Positions 1-12,088 of a stretch of 64,000 bases of DNA are shown here, in pieces. The DNA comes from Vicinamibacteria bacterium (GTDB lineage: Bacteria > Acidobacteriota > Vicinamibacteria > Marinacidobacterales > Marinacidobacteraceae), in contig OY729431.1 in the NCBI GenBank assembly GCA_963422395.1, positions 448,001 through 512,000 of the forward strand, read 5' to 3'. The translations under genes were made by a program, and so were the position numbers. Every line of letters starts with the position of its first letter. The first letter of the stretch is position 1. The notes under the pieces were generated by a model that was not told the DNA's origin, did no database searches, and saw only the letters and a list, made by a program, of their open reading frames with translations.

Positions 1-189
1 CGGGCGCACCTCGAGGCGGAGATCGCCCGGCGGAGTGAAAACCTCGCTCCTTACGAACAGATCAAGAAGATCGCAGTGATCGCGGACACCTTCTCCGTCG
101 AGAGCGGCGAGCTGACGCCGACGCTCAAGGTGAAGCGGCGGGTGGTCTCCGAGCGCTACGCCGACCGGATCGACTCTCTGTACGGTTAG
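1..189 (+). CDS. 3' end of an AMP-forming long-chain acyl-CoA synthetase (partial)
   Basis: Frame 1 reads ...LAPYEQIKKIAVIADTFSVESGELTPTLKVKRRVVSERYADRIDSLYG*. GELTPTLKVKR is the typical C-terminal motif of long-chain fatty acid-CoA ligases. Confidence 0.85.
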   Translation, partial: RAHLEAEIARRSENLAPYEQIKKIAVIADTFSVESGELTPTLKVKRRVVSERYADRIDSLYG

Positions 190-381
190 CAGCCTGTGGA
201 TGAAGTCACACGGCCAAAGGCCGGCGATGCCCAGTCCTCCCGGTGGGGGCCCTGGCTGAACCGCTTCGCTCTTCGTTGCAAATCAGTCGGAATACGCCCG
301 GTATGCCTCCCGATTCGCGCCTTGTCAGCCAGGCGCCTCCCCGGTCTTGGGGCTCGCGCCACTTCATCCACAGGCTGCTAG
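186..381. mobile_element. MITE-like non-autonomous element, copy 1
   Basis: Perfect 20-bp inverted repeats (TAGCAGCCTGTGGATGAAGT 187-206 and ACTTCATCCACAGGCTGCTA 361-380), TTAG/CTAG ends, self-complementary interior, and a similar copy at 18574-18767. Confidence 0.8.
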
Positions 382-430
382 CCGATCAGCCAGGCCATCG
401 GATTCGCGCGGTTTCGCCGAACGACGCGCG

Positions 431-1873
431 GTGACCGATCCGTTCGAGACCGTCATCGGGCTCGAGGTCCATGTCCAGCTCGTAACCCGCACCAAGCTGT
501 TCTGCGGCTGTCCGAACGCTTTCGGCGCCCCTCCGAATACCCATGTCTGCCCGGTGTGCTACGGGTTGCCGGGCGCGCTCCCGGTACCGAACCGGCGCGC
601 GCTGGAACTCGCGGTTCTGGCCGGCCTCGCGTTCGAATGCGAGATCCCCGAGGAGTCGGTCTTCGAGCGCAAGAACTACTTCTACCCCGACCTCCCGAAG
701 GGCTACCAGATCACTCAGTTCGAGCATCCGGTAGCCCGCGCCGGAAGCCTGCGGATCTCCGGGCGGACGATCGGCATCCACCGCATCCAGCTCGAGGAGG
801 ACGCCGGCAAATTGGTGCACGAGGGCTTCGACGGTTCGGACCGGCGGAGCGGAGTGGACTTCAACCGCGCCGGCGTTCCGTTGATCGAGATCGTGAGCGA
901 GCCGGACATCCGTTCTCCGGCCGAAGCTTGCGACTACGCCCGGGCGCTGAAGCGCCGCGTGGCCTACTGCGGGGTATCCGGCGCCGACATGGAGAAAGGC
1001 AACCTGCGCATGGACGGGAACCTCTCGGTCCGCCGGCGGGGCGCCGCGGAGTTCGGGGTCAAGGTCGAGCTGAAGAACCTGAACTCCTTCCGGTTCCTGC
1101 GCCGCGCACTCGACTTCGAGGCGGCGCGTCAGCGCGAACTCCTCGCTGCCGGCGAGCGCGTGGTCCAGGAGACGCGGCTCTACGACGAGGGAAGCGGCGC
1201 GACGAAGCCCATGCGGAGCAAGGAGGAGGCGTCGGACTACCGCTATTTCCCGGATCCGGACCTGCCGCCGATCCGGCTGCCGCCGGGCTTCCTGGAGGAG
1301 GCCGAGTGCCGGCTGCCGGAATTCCCCGAAGCGCGGGCGGCCCGCTATCGGCGAGAGCACGGAATCGGAGCGCAGCAGGCGGAGCGGATCGCGGCGCGGC
1401 GGGATCTCGCCGACTACTACGAAGCCATCCTCGCCGGCGCTGTCGGAGCAGACCCCGGGGAAACGGCGCGGGCGGCGGCGGGCTTCCTCCTCTCGGAAGT
1501 CGTCTCCCGCGAAAAACAGGATGGACGGTTTTCGGTCCCGCCCGCGCGGCTGGGCGAGCTCGTCCGGCGGCTGGCGGCGAAGCAGCTGCCCCGGAATGCT
1601 GCCCGGGAGGTCTTCGCCGCCATGTGCTCGACCGGGCGGCCAGCCGGAGAACTGATCGGGGAGCTCGGCTTCACCGGTCTCGCCGCCGGGCCGGCGCTCG
1701 AGGAGCTGGCTTCCCGGCTGGTCGCCGATCACCCCCGGGACCGGGACGCCTACCGCAGCGGCAAGACCAGGGTGATCGGCTTCTTCGTGGGCCTCCTGAT
1801 GCGCGAGCTGCAGGGCAAGGCCGATCCCCGCGCCGCCCGCGCCGCGCTCGAACGAGCTCTCGCCGACGATTGA
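431..1873 (+). CDS. gatB: Asp-tRNA(Asn)/Glu-tRNA(Gln) amidotransferase subunit B
   Basis: IGLEVHVQL, RKNYFYPDLPKGYQITQ, DFNRAGVPLIEIVSEPD, DYRYFPDPDLP. GTG start at 431. Confidence 0.97.
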   Translation: MTDPFETVIGLEVHVQLVTRTKLFCGCPNAFGAPPNTHVCPVCYGLPGALPVPNRRALELAVLAGLAFECEIPEESVFERKNYFYPDLPKGYQITQFEHPVARAGSLRISGRTIGIHRIQLEEDAGKLVHEGFDGSDRRSGVDFNRAGVPLIEIVSEPDIRSPAEACDYARALKRRVAYCGVSGADMEKGNLRMDGNLSVRRRGAAEFGVKVELKNLNSFRFLRRALDFEAARQRELLAAGERVVQETRLYDEGSGATKPMRSKEEASDYRYFPDPDLPPIRLPPGFLEEAECRLPEFPEARAARYRREHGIGAQQAERIAARRDLADYYEAILAGAVGADPGETARAAAGFLLSEVVSREKQDGRFSVPPARLGELVRRLAAKQLPRNAAREVFAAMCSTGRPAGELIGELGFTGLAAGPALEELASRLVADHPRDRDAYRSGKTRVIGFFVGLLMRELQGKADPRAARAALERALADD

Positions 1874-2523
1874 CTCCGCGGGAACCTTCCGTCCGGGTCG
1901 CGGCTATCGCGGGTTGGACCTGCACCGGCAAGACGCGCTTCGCCCAGGCGCTGGCCGAGAGGCTTCGCCCCCGCCGGGTGGAGGTGCTCTCGCTGGACGA
2001 CTTCTATCGGGACACCTCCCATCTTTCCCGCAGGGATCGCGCCGCGGTCGACTACGACGAACCCGCGGCCTACGACCTGGCGGCCTTCCGCCGCCACCTC
2101 GACGCGCTGTGCTCCGGAGACCAGGCGCCGCGGTTCCGCTACGACTTTGCTTCGGGAGCGCGGCGGGAGGCCGGAGTTCTCGGCCCCGCCGAAGTGGTCC
2201 TCGCCGAGGGCTTCCTCACCCTCTGGGACCGCCGGTTGCGCCGCGCTGCGGACCTCCGCATCTTCCTCGAAGGGGATCCGGAGCGGCTCCTCACGCGGCG
2301 GGTCCGCCGGGACGGGGCGGAGCGCGCCTACCGGGCGGACGAAGTGCGGCGCCGCTTCGGGGAGATGGTGATCCCGGCTCAGCGGCGCTATCTCGCCGAA
2401 GCGCCCCGGATCGCCGACCTGGTGTTCCCGATGGACTGGGGCGATTCCCATGTCGCCCGCGCCGCCGGCTGTCTGGACGGGGATACTTCCCCAACCCCAG
2501 CAGGGAAAGGAACCGTGCCGTGA
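1870..2523 (+). CDS. Uridine kinase / PRK-family P-loop kinase
   Basis: AIAGWTCTGKT Walker A, SLDDFYRD, DYDEPAAYD, RYDF, AEGFL, RRVRRD. TTG start overlaps the gatB stop. Confidence 0.8.
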   Translation: MTPREPSVRVAAIAGWTCTGKTRFAQALAERLRPRRVEVLSLDDFYRDTSHLSRRDRAAVDYDEPAAYDLAAFRRHLDALCSGDQAPRFRYDFASGARREAGVLGPAEVVLAEGFLTLWDRRLRRAADLRIFLEGDPERLLTRRVRRDGAERAYRADEVRRRFGEMVIPAQRRYLAEAPRIADLVFPMDWGDSHVARAAGCLDGDTSPTPAGKGTVP

Positions 2524-3359
2524 CTCCCGCTCCCATCCTCCGCATCGGGCACAGCCCCGATCCCGACGACGCTTTCATGTTCTGCGCCCTCGCTCGGGGC
2601 GCGGTCCGGGTGCGCGATTTCCAGGTGGAACATGTTCTCGAAGACATCGAGAGCCTGAACGACCGGGCGCTCGCCGGAGAGCTTCCGGTCACCGCGATCT
2701 CGGCGCACGCCTACCTGTCGGTCGCCCACCGCTACTGGATCATGGCCAGCGGCGCCAGCATGGGGGAGGGGTATGGCCCGGTGGTGGTGAGCCGGGAAGC
2801 GGGGCGGCTCGAAGACCTCCGGGGACAGCGGGTGGCGATCCCCGGCGCCCGGACGACCGCGGCGCTGCTCGCCCGCTGCTATATCGGCGGCTTCGAGCCG
2901 GTGATCGTCCCCTTCGACCAGATCTTCGAGGCGGTGGAAGCCGGCCGGGCCGCGGCGGGGATCGTCATCCACGAAGGGCAGCTCACCTGGGAACGGCAGG
3001 GGTTTCATCTGCTTTCCGATTTCGGCGTCCGTTTCGAGGAGGAGACCGGACTGCCGCTCCCGCTCGGCCTCGATGTGGTGCGGCGCGACCTCGGGCGTGA
3101 GCTGGCGGTGGAGATGAACCGCGCGATGCGGGAGAGCATCGATTGGGCCTACGCCAACGAGGAGGAAGCCCTCGACTACGCGCTCCGCTTCGGCCGCGGA
3201 CTCGACCGCGAGCTCGGCCGCCGGTTCGTGAAGATGTATGTCTCGGCGCTCACCCGCGACATGGGCGACGCCGGGGAAGCGGCGCTCCGGGCGCTCTTTT
3301 CGCTGGCGGAACGGGCGGGCGTGGTGGCCGAGGCCCCCGACTTCGAGCTGATCCGCTGA
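2520..3359 (+). CDS. mqnD: 1,4-dihydroxy-6-naphthoate synthase (futalosine pathway)
   Basis: GHSPDPDDAFMF, DIESLN, ASMGEGYGP, IHEGQLT, LPLPLG, FVKMYV. GTGA overlap with the upstream gene. Confidence 0.9.
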   Translation: MTPAPILRIGHSPDPDDAFMFCALARGAVRVRDFQVEHVLEDIESLNDRALAGELPVTAISAHAYLSVAHRYWIMASGASMGEGYGPVVVSREAGRLEDLRGQRVAIPGARTTAALLARCYIGGFEPVIVPFDQIFEAVEAGRAAAGIVIHEGQLTWERQGFHLLSDFGVRFEEETGLPLPLGLDVVRRDLGRELAVEMNRAMRESIDWAYANEEEALDYALRFGRGLDRELGRRFVKMYVSALTRDMGDAGEAALRALFSLAERAGVVAEAPDFELIR

Positions 3360-3386
3360 CGCTGATCCTGGCTTGGACGCCGCCGG

Positions 3387-4763
3387 TCAGGCGCCGGCGA
3401 AGAGCAGGGGAAAGACCACGGTGACGAACGCCGCCCAGCCGGCGTGCACCGGCAAGAAGGCGGTCTGCCACCGCTCGAGCCCGGAAAACGCCACCCGCCC
3501 CCGCAGGAATCCGAACAGCAGCCACGCGGAGCCAGCGAGGTTCGCCAGCAGGATCAGGTTCTCGCCTAGGGCCGCGGCCTTGTTGGCGCTGAACCCGAAC
3601 TCCGAGATCCGGAGAGCGATCGCGCCGAGAGCGAAGCCGTCCACCACCAGCGCGCAGGTCACGAGCAGCAGCAACAGGCGGTCGAAGGCGCTGGGCGGAG
3701 CCCCCGGATCCCGCGCCGAAACGGCGTAGAGCACGAGCCCGAGCACCACCACCAGCAGCAGGTCGAAACCGATCAGCACCTCGCGGTCCGCTCCGATTCC
3801 GGTGCCCGTCCAGGCCATCGTCGCGAGGAACGCGAGCAGCACCAGAGTGAAGAGCGGGGTGAACACCCGCGTCAGCACCGGAGCCATGTTCTCGATCACG
3901 CTCTGTTTCGCCTCGACGAGCCAGGCGGCCACCACGACGGCCCCGAGAGCGCCGCAGGGAAGGATCCACTGTTGTGCCAGCTGTTCCGCGTCGATTCCGA
4001 TGCTGGCGAACATGCCCATCGTGAGTCCGGTCAGGACTCCGCCGCCGAGTGCGATCAGGACGAAATAGATGACGAGCTCGCCCGAGAAACGGACGAAGTG
4101 CATCCGCTCCTGGCGGTTCTTCCAACGTCCGCCGGAGTAGGCGATGCCGATCACCAGCCAGAGCGCGATCGGGAGGTGCATCACCGCCAGGACTTCGGTG
4201 GCGCCGCCCGGCGTGTAGGGCAGGGTGTTCACCAGGGCGGCGGCGAGGGCGAAAGCGGCGGCGAGTCCGACGCCGAGGCGGATTCCGATGCGCCGTTTCC
4301 AGACGAAGTAGCCCGCGAGGAAGGGCAGGACGAAAAGGCTGAAATTCCGGGCGTAGAAGTGTTGGGCGCCGTCGGTCGCGAGGGACAGGCCGAAGAGCTC
4401 GGGGAGCTTCACGGCGAGCGCCGCGGCAGCCGCGAGAGCCAACACGACCACCGCCTCGGTCCGATCCGCCCGCGCCCCGGTTCGGCCGGCGGTCGAAACG
4501 AGCTGCTTCCACAGCCGTCCGGAGTGTTCCCTGGCGAACTCGCGCGTCAGCGCATCGATCTCGCCGAGGCGCCGCACGGCCACCAAGAACGCCTCGTCTG
4601 CGCTGAGCCCCGCCTCCTCGAGAGCAGCGATCCGGCCCCGAAGATGATCCTCGAGCTCGTCCCCGTCGGCGGCCGCCACCCCCTGCCGGCGGAGCAGATA
4701 GCGGCGCCACTCCCGGATCTGCGCTTCCGCTCCCTCCTGCCGGCGATGTCCGTCGTTCTCCAC
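3387..4763 (-). CDS. Multi-pass membrane protein with N-terminal 'permease prefix' helical domain (PadR-associated)
   Basis: ELEDHL...GLSADEAFLVAVRRLG N-terminal motif followed by about 10 hydrophobic segments. Directly downstream of padR. Confidence 0.75.
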   Translation of the reverse strand: MENDGHRRQEGAEAQIREWRRYLLRRQGVAAADGDELEDHLRGRIAALEEAGLSADEAFLVAVRRLGEIDALTREFAREHSGRLWKQLVSTAGRTGARADRTEAVVVLALAAAAALAVKLPELFGLSLATDGAQHFYARNFSLFVLPFLAGYFVWKRRIGIRLGVGLAAAFALAAALVNTLPYTPGGATEVLAVMHLPIALWLVIGIAYSGGRWKNRQERMHFVRFSGELVIYFVLIALGGGVLTGLTMGMFASIGIDAEQLAQQWILPCGALGAVVVAAWLVEAKQSVIENMAPVLTRVFTPLFTLVLLAFLATMAWTGTGIGADREVLIGFDLLLVVVLGLVLYAVSARDPGAPPSAFDRLLLLLVTCALVVDGFALGAIALRISEFGFSANKAAALGENLILLANLAGSAWLLFGFLRGRVAFSGLERWQTAFLPVHAGWAAFVTVVFPLLFAGA

Positions 4764-4772
4764 GAAGACCCC

Positions 4773-5144
4773 TCAGCCCGCGGCGGGTGCTTCGGAGGTT
4801 TCGACCCAAGTGGCGCGCAGGGTGCGGTCCACCAGCTGCCACTGCCGGCGCTGCGACGCGAGGCGGCTCTCCCCGGCCTCGGTGATCCGGTAGTACTTGC
4901 GACGGCGCCCGCTTTCCGAGCGGCGCCACTCTCCCTCGATCTGCGAAAGCCGCTCCAGGCGGTGCAGTACCGGGTAGAGCATGCCTTCGCTCCATCGCAG
5001 CTGCCCGCCGGAGAGTTCGGCGACCCGTTTCAGGATCGCGTAGCCGTAGCTTTCGCCCTCGCACAGGATGGCTAGCACCAGGGGGATGGCCGAGGCGGCC
5101 ACCAGATCTTTGTCGATACCCGTCTCCGGCTGCTCGGGGAGCAT
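4773..5144 (-). CDS. PadR-family transcriptional regulator
   Basis: LAIL..GESYGYAI...SEGMLYPVLHRLE...GRRRKYYRITEAG. ATG at 5144. Confidence 0.92.
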   Translation of the reverse strand: MLPEQPETGIDKDLVAASAIPLVLAILCEGESYGYAILKRVAELSGGQLRWSEGMLYPVLHRLERLSQIEGEWRRSESGRRRKYYRITEAGESRLASQRRQWQLVDRTLRATWVETSEAPAAG

Positions 5145-5173
5145 AGAACTATTATACATAGTGATACTAGGTA
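5145..5173 (-). promoter_or_regulatory. padR promoter (-10 TATAAT) and probable PadR operator
   Basis: Minus-strand TATAAT at 5156-5151 lies 6 nt before the ATG. Imperfect palindrome TACATAG-N5-CTAGGTA at 5155-5173 in an AT-rich patch. Confidence 0.65.
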
Positions 5174-5264
5174 ACATTCGAAGCTGGGCTGTCGGCCTGT
5201 TCCCCGGCGGTAAGGCACATCTGCCGCTCGGGCGGACCTGCTTTTCGGCTCGGCAGGGAGATTC

Positions 5265-6065
5265 TCAGGATCGCGGCTCGTCCTCCGACGCGGCAGGGGG
5301 GGACCCGTGGCGGGACCAGGCGATGCGGATGCCTTCGAGGGTGAGCTTCTCGTTCACGAGATCCACCACTCCGGTCCATTCGGCCGCCTGCCGGGCGAGG
5401 CCGCCGGTGGCGATGACGGTATGGCCCCCTCCGAGCTCTTCCTGTAGCAGCCGAACCATCTCCCGCACCATGCCGGTCCACCCGTGGACGAGGCCGGACT
5501 GGAGCGCTGCGACCGTGTGGGTTCCGACCACCTGCATCGGCGGCCGGAGTTCCACCCGCGGCAGCTGGGCGGTCCGGCGCACCAGCGCTTCCGCCGAGAT
5601 GCCGAGGCCGGGCGCGATCGCTCCGCCGCGGTACTCGCCGCCTTGGGAGATGACATCGAAGGTCAGCGCCGTTCCCGCGTCGAGGACGATGGCGGCGATG
5701 CCGTAGAGATGGTGGACGGCGACGGTGTTGGCGATGCGGTCGGGCCCGGTCTCCTCGGGAGTGTCCACCAGGAGACGGACGCCGCGGGCGGTCTCGTGGT
5801 TCAGCAGGAACAGGCGGCGCCCGAAGTGGTCTTCGGCGAGAGCGCGCAGGGTCTCGGTGACCGCGGGGACGACGCTGGCTGCCGCGAGGTCGGTGACTTC
5901 CTCCCGCGAGACGCCGGCGCCAGCGAGCAGGCTCTCGAGGAGTGCTGCGGCCTCGTCGGGCAGCCGCGCGGGCTGGGTCGAGATACGCCAGTCGCGGCGC
6001 CATGCCTTGCCGTCATGGAGGCCGACGGCGGTTTTCGTGTTGCCGACATCGAAGACGAGGAGCAT
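5265..6065 (-). CDS. coaX: Type III pantothenate kinase
   Basis: MLLVFDVGNTKT, ASVVP, GPDRIAN, VLDAGTALTFD, GGAIAPG, IATGG, LTLEG. Confidence 0.95.
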   Translation of the reverse strand: MLLVFDVGNTKTAVGLHDGKAWRRDWRISTQPARLPDEAAALLESLLAGAGVSREEVTDLAAASVVPAVTETLRALAEDHFGRRLFLLNHETARGVRLLVDTPEETGPDRIANTVAVHHLYGIAAIVLDAGTALTFDVISQGGEYRGGAIAPGLGISAEALVRRTAQLPRVELRPPMQVVGTHTVAALQSGLVHGWTGMVREMVRLLQEELGGGHTVIATGGLARQAAEWTGVVDLVNEKLTLEGIRIAWSRHGSPPAASEDEPRS

Positions 6066-6079
6066 GACGATGGAAAATG

Positions 6080-7042
6080 CTACGAGAGGGCCGCCCCGCG
6101 CGCAGAACGCCGGGTGCGGGAGAGCCGGCGGGTCGCTGCGGCCCGCCAGACCCCTGCCAGAGCGCTGCCGATCAGCGAATGGAAGAGGCTGGAGATCGCG
6201 CTGGGCACCGCGACCAGGGGGTTCGCGAAGTTCTGTCCGGCCAGAACCACCCCCAGGCCGGAGTTCTGCATCCCGACTTCGATCGCCAGGGTGCGGGCCG
6301 TCTGTTCGGACCGGCGCCAGAGCCGCGCGAGGCCGTACCCGAGCCCGAACCCCGCCGCGTGCAGGCAGAACACCGACGCCAGCAGCCGGCCTCCGGACTC
6401 GAGGATGGCGAGCCGGCTCGAACCGATGATCGAAGCGACGATGAGCGTGATCAGCACTACCGAGACGAACGGGCCGCCGGGCAGCACCGCTCGGGTGAGG
6501 CGCCCCGCGTAGCGCCGCAGCAACAACCCGGCGAACACCGGGAGGATCACGACCTGCACGGTGCTCGCAAGGAGCCCGGCGGCGGGCACCTCGATGCGGC
6601 TCGCGGCGAGGGTGGCGGTCAGGAGCGGCGTCATCAGGACGGACCCGGCTGTCGAGACCGCGGTCAGGGAAACCGAGAGCGGCACATCGGCGAGCGCGAG
6701 GAACGAGATGACATTCGAGGCCACTCCTCCGGGGCAGCACGACACCAGGATCAAGCCGACCGCGAACTCCCGGGGCAGGTCCATGGCGGCCGCGATGGTC
6801 CAGCCGAGCAGGGGCATGACGAGATACTGAAGCGCCACCCCCAGCACAACGGGCGCGGGCCGCCTCAGGACCCGGCGGAAGTCACCGACCTCCAGGGTCA
6901 GCCCCATACCGAGCATGATGACCCCGAGCGAAGCGGGGATCAGCCCGCCGCGGAACCAGGTGAAGGCTTCCGGCCAGTAGAGGGCGGCGGCGCTGGCCGC
7001 GAGAACCCAGACCGGGAAGCCGAGGGTCGAGAGCCTCAGCAT
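6080..7042 (-). CDS. Bile acid:sodium symporter family protein (PanS-like)
   Basis: IMLGMGLTL, QYLVMPLL, LILVSCCPGGVASNV, IEVGMQNSGLG. Confidence 0.88.
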   Translation of the reverse strand: MLRLSTLGFPVWVLAASAAALYWPEAFTWFRGGLIPASLGVIMLGMGLTLEVGDFRRVLRRPAPVVLGVALQYLVMPLLGWTIAAAMDLPREFAVGLILVSCCPGGVASNVISFLALADVPLSVSLTAVSTAGSVLMTPLLTATLAASRIEVPAAGLLASTVQVVILPVFAGLLLRRYAGRLTRAVLPGGPFVSVVLITLIVASIIGSSRLAILESGGRLLASVFCLHAAGFGLGYGLARLWRRSEQTARTLAIEVGMQNSGLGVVLAGQNFANPLVAVPSAISSLFHSLIGSALAGVWRAAATRRLSRTRRSARGAALS

Positions 7043-7231
7043 GCACCGGGTCTCCTTTCCGGCAAGACGCGTTCAGGGCCTCTTGCGGCGCAGTATAGGG
7101 ACTGGATCGAGGTCGGGAGCGGGTAGGTCGGGACCGGCGTCGGCAGTGCGGAGTGCCCCGGGGAAAATGCGCGCTCTCACCTCTGCTGATTCTCCCTGCC
7201 GTTCCTCCCCGCGCATAGACTCCCTCGCCCG

Positions 7232-8212
7232 ATGGTTCCGCTGGCCGAGATCGAGGCCGCCCGCTCCCGGATCGCGCCGTTCGCGGTCCGCACTCCGCTC
7301 GTCCGTTTCCCTCACCCGGGGCCCGACGAGATCTGGCTGAAACTCGAGAACCTCCAGCCCTTCGCCTGCTTCAAGATCCGCGCCGCGGCGGCCCTCTTCG
7401 CCACTCTCGCCGACGCGGAGCTCCGCCGGGGGGTCATGACCGCGAGCGCCGGGAACTGGGCGCAGGCGGTGGCGTTCATGGCCCGCGAGCGGGGGGTCCC
7501 CTGCACCGTGGTGGTCCCGGAGACCTCTCCGGAGAACAAGCGGCGGGCGATCGCCGCGCTCGGAGCGAAGGCGGTGGTGGCGCCGTTCGCCGCGTGGTGG
7601 CGGGCCATCGTCACCCACTCGCATCCCGGCCTCGACGCCCGTTTCGTCCATCCGGTGGAGGAAGCGCCGGTGATGGCGGGCAACGGCACCGCCGGAATCG
7701 AGATCCTCGAGGATCTGCCGGAGGTGGACGCGGTGCTGGTTCCGTTCGGCGGCGGCGGCCTCAGTTGCGGCATCTCGAGCGCGCTCCGCCAGCAGGGCTC
7801 GGCGGCCCGGGTCCATCCGGTCGAGGTCTCGACCTCGCCGAAGCTCGCGGCGGCGTTCGAGCACGGTGCGCCGCAGTGGATCGAGACCGAGCCGAGCTTC
7901 GTGGACGGCATCGGCGGCAACACGGTGCTCGAACCGATGTGGCCGCTCGCCCGCGACCTCCTCGACGAGCCGTTGTTGGCGGAGCCGGACGAGATCGCCG
8001 AAGCCGTTCGCCTGCTCGCCGGTCGCTCGCGGATCGTGGCCGAAGGGGCCGGCGCCTGTCCACTGGCGGCGGCGCTCGCCGACCGGGTGCCGCGGCTTCG
8101 GATGGAGGCGGGCCGGAAGCGGAAACTGGTGTGCGTGGTCTCCGGGGGCAATGTGGAGATGGAAGTCTTCCGACGGATCCTCGCCGGCGAGACCCCGACC
8201 TCCGCCCGCTGA
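7232..8212 (+). CDS. PLP-dependent threonine/serine dehydratase family enzyme
   Basis: LKLENLQ...FKIR (PLP lysine), ASAGN, VPFGGGGL, AEGAGA, VSGGN. Confidence 0.88.
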   Translation: MVPLAEIEAARSRIAPFAVRTPLVRFPHPGPDEIWLKLENLQPFACFKIRAAAALFATLADAELRRGVMTASAGNWAQAVAFMARERGVPCTVVVPETSPENKRRAIAALGAKAVVAPFAAWWRAIVTHSHPGLDARFVHPVEEAPVMAGNGTAGIEILEDLPEVDAVLVPFGGGGLSCGISSALRQQGSAARVHPVEVSTSPKLAAAFEHGAPQWIETEPSFVDGIGGNTVLEPMWPLARDLLDEPLLAEPDEIAEAVRLLAGRSRIVAEGAGACPLAAALADRVPRLRMEAGRKRKLVCVVSGGNVEMEVFRRILAGETPTSAR

Positions 8213-8269
8213 CCGGTGCGCTCGCTCCGGTCGTCGGAGCCGGTACCGGGAGAGTCGGGAGGAGGGCGG

Positions 8270-10966
<2,697 letters not shown>

Positions 10967-11122
10967 TTCGGGAGCCGGAGAACCGGGAAGGATAACCGGG
11001 CGCAGGTGCAAGAACTCCTCTTCCTGGAGTCCGCGGACCGGTCCCGTAGCGATCGGCTTCCCCCATGAACCGGCTGAGAGAACTTCTTCCGGCTCGGATC
11101 GTTATGACACCAGGAGGCCTCA

Positions 11123-11890
11123 TTGAGCGAAGATCAGATACTCCTTTCCGGCGAAACACCGACCCCGCCGCCTCCCCCGCCGTCGTCGGCTCCAAAATCG
11201 GCGCCCTTCGATCTCGGCGCGCTGTTCGGATTCGCTTTCCGCGATCCGCGCTCGCTCTCCAAATTCCTGATCGGCTGCTTCGCCGTGGTTCTCATCCCGC
11301 TGTTCGGGCTCGGGCTTGTGGCTCTGCTGGGCTTCCTCGTCGGGACGGCGCGCGGCGCGCTCCGCGGGGACGAGCACCCGATGCCCGAATGGGACGATCC
11401 GGGCGGCCTGCTCCTCGATGGACTGAAGGTTCTGGGAGTGATTCTCGCCTATGCTGCGGCGGCGGCGGTGGTCGGGCTCACGCTGCTCGGCTTCACCGTA
11501 TTTTGGGTCGGTATCGGCAAGTCCATGGGCTCCGCCGCGGTCACCGTGGCCTCGGTGTTCGGAGTCCTGGTGTCGGTGATCTTCCTCATGTTGTTGGTGC
11601 TGTTTGCGAAGGCGGTGTTGCCGGCGGGCATCTTGCAGCTGGCCGCAACAGGACAGTTCGGCGCCGCTTTCCGCATCAATGAAAGCCTGGCGATGGTCCG
11701 CGCCAACTCGAGCACCTACCTCTGTCTGTTGCTGACCCTGATCCTGTTCTCAGTCCTTGCGGACGCCACCGTCCTCCTCTGCTTCGTCGGGGTGATCCCC
11801 GGCGCGTTCTGGGGGTTTGCTGCCTCCGGCGCCGCCATCGGCCACGCCGGCCGTTCGATGGGGGTGAAAGCCCGCTCTCCGGTGCTTTGA
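11123..11890 (+). CDS. DUF4013-like membrane protein
   Basis: AGGAGG ribosome-binding site plus TTG start. FAFRDP...KFLIG...MPEWDDPG..LLDG pattern and several transmembrane segments. Confidence 0.7.
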   Translation: MSEDQILLSGETPTPPPPPPSSAPKSAPFDLGALFGFAFRDPRSLSKFLIGCFAVVLIPLFGLGLVALLGFLVGTARGALRGDEHPMPEWDDPGGLLLDGLKVLGVILAYAAAAAVVGLTLLGFTVFWVGIGKSMGSAAVTVASVFGVLVSVIFLMLLVLFAKAVLPAGILQLAATGQFGAAFRINESLAMVRANSSTYLCLLLTLILFSVLADATVLLCFVGVIPGAFWGFAASGAAIGHAGRSMGVKARSPVL

Positions 11891-12088
11891 GTTGTCGGCG
11901 GGCTCGCCCGCGAGACGATCCGAAACGCATCAGCTGCGCGCTCGGACCCCCGCCTCGACCGCGCCGGCGGTACCGCGCGGCATCGGGGGGACTCGGGTTG
12001 CTGGACCGGCGGCGGTAGTCTCTCCCGCCGGGTCGGGGGGTCCCCTCTCGACGGCGGGGTTCCGCCGCTGACCCGAAGGAGAGATTCG

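Noticed and set aside
186-434. Short ORFs within MITE copies (also 18482-18757 and 15279-15551)
   Set aside because: They arise from the inverted repeats, have no protein motifs and differ in length between copies.
7048-7063. 16-bp exact match GGGTCTCCTTTCCGGC also at 14738-14753
   Set aside because: One copy is coding and the other is the complement of an SD region. No shared flanks, so most likely chance.
11891-12088. Possible riboswitch or ncRNA upstream of the SDR gene
   Set aside because: GC-rich hairpins are possible but I recognised no conserved motif. An Rfam search would be needed.
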